Made by a program: the position numbers and the translations under genes. The notes below the pieces were generated by a model. It was not told the DNA's origin. It did no database searches and saw only the letters and a list, made by a program, of their open reading frames with translations. 64,000 bases of DNA from an uncultured Bacteroidota bacterium (GTDB lineage: Bacteria; Bacteroidota; Bacteroidia; Chitinophagales; Chitinophagaceae). Below, one piece after another: positions 40,135 to 47,823 of the stretch (within the stretch, counting starts at the first letter, position 1; the number at the start of each line of letters is the position of its first letter). The stretch lies in contig CAIJFI010000013.1 in assembly GCA_903819975.1 (NCBI GenBank), positions 1,025 through 65,024 of the forward strand, in the 5' to 3' direction.

Positions 40135-42090
40135 ATGAAAAAATTCTTCAAATTTTTAGGGTACACCTTCTTGTCTATTATTGGGTTAATAGCTATTTTA
40201 TTAACCGTGGTTTATGTAAAAAGCTATATCGCATATAAAGATGCAGCTAAGCTAATTGGTAAAGAAGCACCCATTTTAAAAATAGACGGTCATGATTTTA
40301 GAGATTTAAACAAAAATGGCAAACTTGATGCCTATGAGGATTATAGAGTAAGTACCGAAGACCGTATTACCAATTTAATAAGTCAAATGACTTTAGAGGA
40401 GAAAGCGGGAAGTATGTTTATTACCATGGCTGCAATGAATAGTGATGGTTCTCTTTCGGAAACACAATCTATTTTAAACCCCATTTCATATGTGGTGGAA
40501 GGGAATACTGCGATGGTGTTGGGGAAGAACATGAATCATTTAAATACATTGCAATCTACTAGTCCTGAAGCAATGGTTACTTGGCATAATAATATTCAAA
40601 AATTAGCGGAGCGAAGTCGTTTAGGCATTCCATTAACACTGGCTACCGATCCAAGGCATGGTGTGCCTAATGCACCTGGTGCAAGTATTTATAGTCCCTT
40701 CTTTTCAAGTTGGCCTTCCACTTTAGGATTAGCTGCTACAAGAGACAGTAATTTGGTGCGCGCATTCGGCGACATTGCAAGACAAGAATATAAAGCATTG
40801 GGTTTTAGATTAACCTTATCACCCATGGCGGATTTAGCAACCGAGCCAAGATGGGGGAGAATTAATGGGACATTTGGAGAAGACGCCGAGTTGGCAGCAA
40901 CCATGACAAAGGCATATATTTTAGGATTTCAAGGAGATAGCATCAATGAAAATAGTGTGGAGTGTATGGTAAAACATTTTGCGGGTGGAGGGCCTCAGGA
41001 AAATGGACGTGATGCACATTTTCCTCCAGGACATCAAGTGTATCCCGGAAATAATTTCAAATACCATTTAATACCATTTGAAAAAGGAGCTTTTGCGGCA
41101 GGTGCTGCACAGGTAATGCCTTATTATGGTTTGCCTGTTGGACAAACAAGTGAGGACGTAGGATTTGGATACAATAAAGATATTATTACAGGCTTATTAA
41201 GAAACACTTATCATTTTGATGGTATAGTTTGCACCGATTGGGGTTTGGTAACCGATGCTAAAATATTAGGTTATACCTTAAAGCCAGCTGCTGCACATGG
41301 GGTTGAAAATTTAACGGCAAAGCAAAGAATGGGAAAAATTATCAATGCAGGATGTGATATGTTTGGAGGGGAAGCACTTCCTAATGTGGTTGTTGAATTG
41401 GTAAAAGAAGGAAAAGTTTCTGAAAAAAGAATTGATTCTTCGATGCGCAGAATTTTAAGAGAGAAATTTCGTTTAGGTTTATTTGATCATCCTTATTTGG
41501 ATCCTGAAGGTGTAAAAGTAATTAACAATCCTACTTTTGCTGCTAAAGGGATTGAGGCACAGCAAAAATCATTGGTACTGTTAAAAAATGAATCCAACAT
41601 TTTACCCTTAAAGTCAAGTACAAAAATTTTCTTGGAAGGTTTTAATAAGGAAGAAACCAAAGAATTCACAAATGTGGTTAGCAGTATGGAGGCCGCCGAC
41701 CTAATTATTTTAAAAATAGGGACACCTGATAATGCAGGTTCAGAAAAATTCATTTTACAAAGATTATTCAATCATGGTTCATTGGCATTTTCTGATAAAG
41801 AGGAAGCACGTTTGTTAAAAATTATTCAGTCCAAACCAACCATCACGGTCATTAATTTACAAAGACCTGCGGTGATACCAAATATCAATAAATCCTCAAA
41901 GGCTTTAATCGCTGACTTCTCTTCACAGGATAATGTGATTTTAGATTTAATCATGGGTAAGTTTAAGCCAACAGGGAAATTGCCATTTGAATTACCTTCA
42001 TCCATGGACGAGGTTTTAAAGCAAAAGGAAGATGTACCTTATGATACTAAAAACCCTTTGTATAAGTTTGGTGCAGGGATGGGGTATTAG
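40135..42090 (+). CDS. Glycoside hydrolase family 3 (beta-glucosidase-like) with N-terminal membrane anchor
   Basis: DLNKNGKLDAYED, LATDPRH, RWGRINGTFGED, KHFAGGG, VMPYY, CTDW nucleophile. Confidence 0.93.
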   Translation: MKKFFKFLGYTFLSIIGLIAILLTVVYVKSYIAYKDAAKLIGKEAPILKIDGHDFRDLNKNGKLDAYEDYRVSTEDRITNLISQMTLEEKAGSMFITMAAMNSDGSLSETQSILNPISYVVEGNTAMVLGKNMNHLNTLQSTSPEAMVTWHNNIQKLAERSRLGIPLTLATDPRHGVPNAPGASIYSPFFSSWPSTLGLAATRDSNLVRAFGDIARQEYKALGFRLTLSPMADLATEPRWGRINGTFGEDAELAATMTKAYILGFQGDSINENSVECMVKHFAGGGPQENGRDAHFPPGHQVYPGNNFKYHLIPFEKGAFAAGAAQVMPYYGLPVGQTSEDVGFGYNKDIITGLLRNTYHFDGIVCTDWGLVTDAKILGYTLKPAAAHGVENLTAKQRMGKIINAGCDMFGGEALPNVVVELVKEGKVSEKRIDSSMRRILREKFRLGLFDHPYLDPEGVKVINNPTFAAKGIEAQQKSLVLLKNESNILPLKSSTKIFLEGFNKEETKEFTNVVSSMEAADLIILKIGTPDNAGSEKFILQRLFNHGSLAFSDKEEARLLKIIQSKPTITVINLQRPAVIPNINKSSKALIADFSSQDNVILDLIMGKFKPTGKLPFELPSSMDEVLKQKEDVPYDTKNPLYKFGAGMGY

Positions 42091-42102
42091 AAATTTAATT
42101 GC

Positions 42103-42127
42103 AACTACCGAGGCTTACTCGGTAGTT
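42103..42127. terminator. Hairpin between convergent GH3 and HTH genes
   Basis: aactaccgag-gctta-ctcggtagtt. Confidence 0.7.
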
Positions 42128-42402
42128 CAAAAATGAATATTTAATTCAAGTTTAGCATCAAGTCCAATTTCAACCAATCGCTGTAAATTTGATAAACGTA
42201 TTTCTTTAATATCGTTTTCTATTTTTGAAATGTATGACTTAGTGGTTCCTAATTTCAAGGCAAGCGCTTCTTGCGTCAAGCCCTTTCTTAGCCTGGCTTC
42301 TTGGAGCATAGCCCCAAGCTTAAAATTTTCATATCCCTTTTCAAAAGAGTCTCTTTTTTTAGTTCCAATTTCACCATATTGGCTCTCTATAAATTGATCT
42401 AG
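42127..42402 (-). pseudogene. 5'-truncated XRE/HigA-like HTH antitoxin gene
   Basis: Frame reads …LDQFIESQYGEIGTKKRDSFEKGYENFKLGAMLQEARLRKGLTQEALA…SYISKIEN upstream of ATG 42309. It has no start codon before running into the repeat at 42403, and no cognate toxin upstream. Confidence 0.7.
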
Positions 42403-42530
42403 GGAAATGGTAAAAGGTTTGGTGATTAGTGTTCTAAATAGGAGGAATGGGTAGATTGAAAGCTTTTGGGACTGTCAACTCACCGCGTTAGTTGACTTCC
42501 TCGGAATTGATCCTTACCCAAAGCCTTTCA
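42403..42530 (+). repeat. 128-bp direct repeat copy 1 (Fic gene 3' tail plus nested hairpin)
   Basis: 123/128 identical to 43628-43755 by manual alignment. Confidence 0.95.
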
Positions 42531-42704
42531 TTTAAACCGAATAATACTTATTTGTAAAGTATGGAAGTAAGGTCTTGAATAAATCTCTGAAAATTTTCAA
42601 GCTTTTCTTAATATCAACATTTTAGAAAATCTCCGAACGAATATCTTTCAATCTATAAAGTAGGTTTTACATTTTTACAATTTGAGATTTGTATAAAAAT
42701 AAAT

Positions 42705-43679
42705 ATGCAAAATCAAATTGAAATTTTCCAAGGAGAAAACAATGAAATAAATGTAGAAGTAAAGTTTGAAGAAGAAACGGTGTGGCTAAGTCAGGCACAA
42801 ATTATCAAACTATTTAATGGTAGTAAATCAAATATAAGTGAACATATAAAATACATATTTGAGAGTGAAGAACTAGCAGAAACTTCAACTGTTCGGAATT
42901 TCCGAACAGTTCAAATGGAAGGAAAAAGGACAGTTAATAGGGATATTATTCATTATAACCTAGATGTTATAATTTCTGTAGGTTACAGGGTTAATTCAAA
43001 AAGAGGTGTTCAATTCCGCCAATGGGCTACCCAAAAGTTAAAAGAATTCCTAGTAAAGGGGTATGCCTTAAATGAGCATAGGTTGGCTCAAAAGAATCAA
43101 GAAATTCAGTTTTTGCACGATGGTATTCGAATTATGAGTCGTGCCATAGAGGAAGTGACTAACGATGAAGCCTATAAATGGTTAGATAAGTTTAGTAAAG
43201 GTCTTCAGTTATTGGATGACTATGACCATGAGCGTTTAGACATCAACGGGCGAAGTTTGATTCCTGGTATACACCCAAACATTTTAGAATATGAGACTAT
43301 TGTAAATGCAATGCGGACTGAATTTGATTCATCTGTTTTTGGTAAAAAGAAAGATGATGGTTTTATGAGTGCTGTCAAACAAATAGAACAAGGGTTTGGG
43401 GATAGTTATGTTTATCCAAGTGTTGAAGAAAAAGCCGCTATGTTATTGTATTTAATAATAAAGAATCATGCTTTTGTGGATGGCAATAAAAGAATTGGAG
43501 CTGCTTGCTTTTTATTATTTCTAATGCGAAACAATTTGCTTTTGTCACCGAATGGTGTTCCTTTTATTAGTAATGATGCATTGGCTAGTATTACCTTATT
43601 CGTTGCTGCAAGTAAACCAGAAGAAATGGAAATGGTAAAAGGTTTGGTGATTAGTGTTCTAAATAGGAGGAATGGGTAG
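42705..43679 (+). CDS. RhuM-family/Fic-Doc fusion protein
   Basis: N-terminal RhuM motifs (ETVWLSQAQI…LF, YNLDVIISVGYRVNSKRGVQFRQWAT); Fic/Doc motif HAFVDGNKRIG. Confidence 0.92.
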   Translation: MQNQIEIFQGENNEINVEVKFEEETVWLSQAQIIKLFNGSKSNISEHIKYIFESEELAETSTVRNFRTVQMEGKRTVNRDIIHYNLDVIISVGYRVNSKRGVQFRQWATQKLKEFLVKGYALNEHRLAQKNQEIQFLHDGIRIMSRAIEEVTNDEAYKWLDKFSKGLQLLDDYDHERLDINGRSLIPGIHPNILEYETIVNAMRTEFDSSVFGKKKDDGFMSAVKQIEQGFGDSYVYPSVEEKAAMLLYLIIKNHAFVDGNKRIGAACFLLFLMRNNLLLSPNGVPFISNDALASITLFVAASKPEEMEMVKGLVISVLNRRNG

Positions 43680-43755
43680 ATTGAAAGCTTTTGGGACTGT
43701 CAACTCACTGCGTTCGTTGACTTCCTCGGTGGTGATCCTTACCCAAAGCCTTTCA
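43628..43755 (+). repeat. 128-bp direct repeat copy 2
   Basis: Covers the last 52 nt of the Fic ORF plus the downstream hairpin. Confidence 0.95.
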
Positions 43756-43836
43756 AACAAACACTGCGTGTTCGTTTGGCTTTTTTAACGCTCATCCGCT
43801 CAATCAAGCAAGCTTGTTTCGCGGCTTCGCATTAAA

Positions 43837-43864
43837 AAAGCCTCTCATTTGCATGAGAGGCTTT
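43837..43864. terminator. Terminator-like hairpin downstream of the DUF4160-DUF2442 pair
   Basis: aaagcctctca-tttgca-tgagaggcttt with an A-run on the left. Confidence 0.75.
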
Positions 43865-43920
43865 GTAGCCTCCATAGGAGCGAGTTTGGAAGAATTTTCT
43901 GCGGATGTGAGGGCGATTTT
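43865..43920 (+). repeat. 56-bp degenerate direct repeat copy A
   Basis: 49/56 identical to 44650-44705. Confidence 0.85.
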
Positions 43921-43929
43921 AAACTATCA

Positions 43930-44190
43930 CTATCGCTTTCTCCAATTAGCTTCTAATCCGATAAAATCCTCTAAATGATATACAGCATCAGAATACGTAA
44001 ACAAGATAGTTCTGTCATCTACAATAGTATGTTTCTTTCTTTTGTCAACACTCAATTTTTGTAAATCTGGGAAATACTTTAATGGAGAAATGATCATTCT
44101 GCCATCCTCCATTTTGAGTGTGATTTTTCCGGGCAAATCAAACAAAACTTTCTCGATGCACATTGTTTTATTTATTAAAGTAGAAGACAT
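43930..44190 (-). CDS. DUF2442-like protein (putative antitoxin)
   Basis: 86 aa; L.MEDGR.I..PL..FP.L pattern; 2 nt downstream of the DUF4160-like gene. Confidence 0.7.
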   Translation of the reverse strand: MSSTLINKTMCIEKVLFDLPGKITLKMEDGRMIISPLKYFPDLQKLSVDKRKKHTIVDDRTILFTYSDAVYHLEDFIGLEANWRKR

Positions 44191-44192
44191 GA

Positions 44193-44471
44193 TTATTTTA
44201 TTTTTATTGTAGTAATTTTTTTACCTGCTTTGACGTTGTTAAATGATTCAATTAATATCGCTTGATTTTCTTTAATCACTTTAAGCGCTTGTTTTAAATC
44301 TGTTTCTGAAAGACTCCCTTTATCAGCTACTTTCAATGTTTCTAACCATATTTTAGCTGAACGTTGTCTATTCCCTTTTTCTTTTGCAATATGTAAGTGA
44401 GGTGGCTCATTTATCGCATCAAATGCAAAGATAAAAAAAGTCAAAAACTTATAAATCGCAATTTTAGGCAT
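44193..44471 (-). CDS. DUF4160-like protein (putative toxin)
   Basis: MPKI…F.FF…D…EPPHLHI…AKIWL pattern. Confidence 0.8.
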   Translation of the reverse strand: MPKIAIYKFLTFFIFAFDAINEPPHLHIAKEKGNRQRSAKIWLETLKVADKGSLSETDLKQALKVIKENQAILIESFNNVKAGKKITTIKIK

Positions 44472-44649
44472 TCAACAATGTTTAACCAAATTTAAACCTA
44501 ATTGGAATAATAAAATAAATATACTTACTAAGTAGATGAAAATAAGGGCCAAAATAGGGTCTATTTATGCCAGAAAACAAAAACCGACCCAATTGGGTCG
44601 GTTTTTTATTATTTTCTAAAACTATTATTATTTTAGAAAATAACACTTC

Positions 44650-44705
44650 GTAGCCACAATAGGAGCCAGTTTGGAAGAATTTGCTGGTGATGTTAGGGCG
44701 ATTTT
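44650..44705 (+). repeat. 56-bp degenerate direct repeat copy B
   Basis: 49/56 identical to 43865-43920. Confidence 0.85.
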
Positions 44706-44766
44706 GGATCTGACAATTAATAATAAGTAATGAGGAACCATTGTTATTGAGGTATGCTAACATTAT

Positions 44767-44814
44767 CAGGATTCATAACCCTGAGGTCCCGGGTTCAAAT
44801 CCCGGTCTCGCTAC
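44767..44814 (+). pseudogene. 3' half of tRNA-Met(CAT): anticodon arm, T arm and acceptor 3' strand only; att-type remnant
   Basis: cagga-ttcataa-ccctg, aggtc, ccggg-ttcaaat-cccgg, tctcgct-a. The 27 nt upstream cannot form the acceptor or D stems. Confidence 0.88.
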
Positions 44815-44823
44815 ATCATAATC

Positions 44824-44856
44824 AAGGACTTACGTTAAATCGTGAGTCCTTTTTTG
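44824..44856 (+). terminator. Hairpin after the tRNA-Met fragment
   Basis: aaggacttacg-ttaaat-cgtgagtcctt plus T-run. Confidence 0.75.
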
Positions 44857-45044
44857 TTTTTGCGTGAGGTTTGATTCTAAAAGGGTAAATAAAAGTTGAA
44901 TTGCAATCACTCTTCACCCCCTGCATTTTAATGCGGGGGTTTTGTTATATTTTTATTTACTACTTGTATATGGAAATGGTATAATTTTAGAAAATGTAAT
45001 TGGAAATGTATAAATTTAAACTAACATTTATTTAAATTTATGAT

Positions 45045-47360
45045 ATGCGTAATTTAACAAAGACATTCTTAATAGCGTTATCATTGTTATTTTATGTCAA
45101 TATTTACGCACAAAAAAAAATTGATACTGCACTATCGGACTTGGCAAAATATTATACTCAAGAAAAAATTCATTTTGTTTTAAGTAAGGAGCAATGTGTT
45201 TCTGGTGAAACGATTTGGTTTAAAGGATTTGTTTTCTCAGGTTATGAGGCCTCTGATATCTCAACAAATTTATATGTAGATATTTATAATTTTCAAAATA
45301 AGATAATTGGCAAGTGTTCTTATCCAATTATTAATGGCTTAGTAGATGGGGCTTTTACTTTAAGTGATACAATATCAGAAGGCATCTACTACATACATCC
45401 TTATACAAATTGGATGCTAAATTTTGATGACTCCTTTGAGTATTTAAAATCAATTACCGTTTTTAATCCTAGGTCAAAGAATGAATTGGTTAAAATTAAT
45501 AAAAATAATTGGGTGCTTTCTGCAAACGCTGAAGGTGGTAATTTACTAGCAGATATTGAAAACAAAGTATCAGTAAGGCGAATTGGTGCTTTTGATTCAA
45601 TCGAGAAATGGGATGGCTATCTTGTAGATGTTAGAAATCCATCAATAAAATTGATATCCTTCTCTTCTTTAGATGAAAATGTTGCTATTTTCAGTTTTAT
45701 TCCTAAGTTGGGTATTAATTACAGAGTTATAGTTGAGGACAATACAAAAATTAATAAGTTTATTGATTTGCAAAAGCCACTCAATAAGGGCGCAAATATT
45801 CAAGTAGATCAGCATGATAGTTCATTGGATTATTCAATTAATTTTAAAGGGTTTGAATTTGGGAAGAACTTTACTTTAATAGGAACAAACAACAATGATT
45901 TAGTATATCGATTAAATTTCGTTATTAAAGATTCTATATTTTTCCGATCCATTTCAACTATTAATTTGCCAAGAGGTGTTTTGCATTTTTCTTTATTTGA
46001 CGAAAATGCCAATTTATTATCCGAAAGACTAAGCTTTCTTAAGCAAAATCCTTTTCCCCCAATACATGACTCTATTTCTATAAATTATAATTCAAGATCT
46101 TATAACGAGTATGGTCTTTATCTAGATTCAGGCTTTAATTACAATATAGTAGTTGCAGCTGATGCCATTGATTTTGTTAATGATTTTATGGGATCTATTT
46201 GGTTAAATAGTGATTTTAAAAATGAGATACACCACTCTAGTGAATATATTGAAAACCCAAACTATAAGAGAATAGAGGCTTTAGATGCAATAATGATAAG
46301 TGAGCATTGGGAAAGATTTAATTGGACAAAGATTTTAAGTGAAGGGAATAAAGGCCTAAAGTTTAAGGGAGATAACTATTTAAGTTTTAAAGGAATAGTT
46401 AATTACAAAAAGAAGCCACTAATCAATGAAAAATTAAGTCTTTTTGTTTTTTATCCAGATTCTTCAAGACAAGTTTTGCAAGTCAATACTGATAGTCTGG
46501 GGCAATTTATAATTAGCGGTTTGGCATTTTATGATAAAGCTACAATTACGTATAAATTTTTAAATAAAAAGCTTATAAAAGAAAATGGCAGTTTGTTTTT
46601 TGAATCAATTATTCCATTTGAGTCCAAACATCTTAAACTACCTGAATCTAAATATGAATTAGTGCCAAAAGAATCAAGTAAGCAAAGAGATGCATCATAT
46701 ATTGAAGTAATAAATAAAAGTAAATTTCAAAAAAATATAGTTGAAAGAGAAAAAACCTTGGCTGACGTGGTCGTTAGATCTAAATTAAAGTCTGCGACTC
46801 AATTATTAGACGAGAAAGTTAGTTCAGGCAGATTTGATATTTATGGTAATTTGAAAGTGGTTGACTTTGTAAACACTCAACAAACTACTACAGATGCAAA
46901 TGCATTTGACTGGCTCGTTGCGAAAGGGCTAATTGATGTTACAATTGCAAAATCATATAGATACTTTATTGATGAGTTCCCATCTAATATTAACGACATA
47001 AAATCAATTCAGGCATCAAATATTGCATTATTGAAAGTAGGTGCAATTGGTAAAATTCATGACGTTCACATTTATTTAAAAAGAGGAGGTGAAAATGTAT
47101 TAACACCAGATCCATTAGGGAATACTTCAATTAGTGGATATACTAAATCCATACCCTTTATTATGCCTAATTATTTTAATGATGCATTTAATAAAATGGA
47201 ACAAGATAAACGAGATATTCTTTATTGGGGAAATGTATTTTCGTTAAATAATGATGGGAAAAAAGTAATATTAAAGTATTTTAATAATGATAACCCTAGA
47301 AATGTTCATGTTGTCGTTTTTGGCACGGACCTAAATGGATCCCCCTTTATTAAGCGTTAA
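45045..47360 (+). CDS. Large secreted hypothetical protein (macroglobulin-like N-terminus, TonB-plug-like C-terminus)
   Basis: Signal peptide; QEKIHF…K…GETIWFKG motif; FSLFDEN…SERL; DAIMISEHWERFNW; C-terminal DKRDILYW. Confidence 0.65.
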   Translation: MRNLTKTFLIALSLLFYVNIYAQKKIDTALSDLAKYYTQEKIHFVLSKEQCVSGETIWFKGFVFSGYEASDISTNLYVDIYNFQNKIIGKCSYPIINGLVDGAFTLSDTISEGIYYIHPYTNWMLNFDDSFEYLKSITVFNPRSKNELVKINKNNWVLSANAEGGNLLADIENKVSVRRIGAFDSIEKWDGYLVDVRNPSIKLISFSSLDENVAIFSFIPKLGINYRVIVEDNTKINKFIDLQKPLNKGANIQVDQHDSSLDYSINFKGFEFGKNFTLIGTNNNDLVYRLNFVIKDSIFFRSISTINLPRGVLHFSLFDENANLLSERLSFLKQNPFPPIHDSISINYNSRSYNEYGLYLDSGFNYNIVVAADAIDFVNDFMGSIWLNSDFKNEIHHSSEYIENPNYKRIEALDAIMISEHWERFNWTKILSEGNKGLKFKGDNYLSFKGIVNYKKKPLINEKLSLFVFYPDSSRQVLQVNTDSLGQFIISGLAFYDKATITYKFLNKKLIKENGSLFFESIIPFESKHLKLPESKYELVPKESSKQRDASYIEVINKSKFQKNIVEREKTLADVVVRSKLKSATQLLDEKVSSGRFDIYGNLKVVDFVNTQQTTTDANAFDWLVAKGLIDVTIAKSYRYFIDEFPSNINDIKSIQASNIALLKVGAIGKIHDVHIYLKRGGENVLTPDPLGNTSISGYTKSIPFIMPNYFNDAFNKMEQDKRDILYWGNVFSLNNDGKKVILKYFNNDNPRNVHVVVFGTDLNGSPFIKR

Positions 47361-47390
47361 ATAACATAGAAATCTGTTAATTTTTGTTAA

Positions 47391-47429
47391 AACTAAAAAA
47401 TTAGTTGTATAACTAAATATTTAGTTATA
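47391..47429. promoter_or_regulatory. Tandem palindromic operators upstream of blaI-like gene
   Basis: aactaa-aaaa-ttagtt (47391-47406) and the perfect 22-bp palindrome tataactaaatatttagttata (47408-47429). Confidence 0.75.
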
Positions 47430-47455
47430 GATTTGTTCTCATAAACTTAAAAACA

Positions 47456-47818
47456 ATGAGTAAACCATTGACAAAAGCGGAGGAGCAAGTCATGCAGGTG
47501 CTTTGGAAATTAGATACTGCATACTTAAAAGACGTTGTAGACGCAATGCCTGACCCAAAGCCACATAGCAATACAATTGCTACGATCATTAAAATATTAA
47601 TTGACAAAGGTTATATCAACCATGAAGTTCATGGAAGGGTACATTGCTATGCGCCAGTTATTAGTAAGGAGGAATATTCTTCGTCTAGTATTAAAAATTT
47701 AGTAGAAGGGTATTTTGAAGGTTCGTTTTCGGATGTAGTTTCCTTTATGGTAAAACAAAAGGACTTAAAAGTGGCTGATTTGGAATTACTCCTTAAAGAA
47801 ATGAAAAATAAAAAATAA
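47456..47818 (+). CDS. BlaI/MecI/CopY family repressor
   Basis: LTKAEEQVMQVLW; NTIATIIKILIDKGYI; YFEGSFSDVVSFMV. Confidence 0.93.
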   Translation: MSKPLTKAEEQVMQVLWKLDTAYLKDVVDAMPDPKPHSNTIATIIKILIDKGYINHEVHGRVHCYAPVISKEEYSSSSIKNLVEGYFEGSFSDVVSFMVKQKDLKVADLELLLKEMKNKK

Positions 47819-47823
47819 CTACC

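Noticed and set aside
42458-42530. Integron attC site
   Set aside because: The gtcaac/gttgac hairpin does not give proper RYYYAAC…GTTRRRY ends, and there is no integron integrase in the window.
44482-44763. 93-aa minus-strand ORF
   Set aside because: It runs across the 56-bp repeat and a terminator hairpin, has no recognisable motifs, and is probably spurious.
44740-44815. Complete tRNA-Met gene
   Set aside because: The sequence upstream of 44767 cannot pair with the acceptor 3' strand (tctcgct) and has no D arm; only the 3' half is present.
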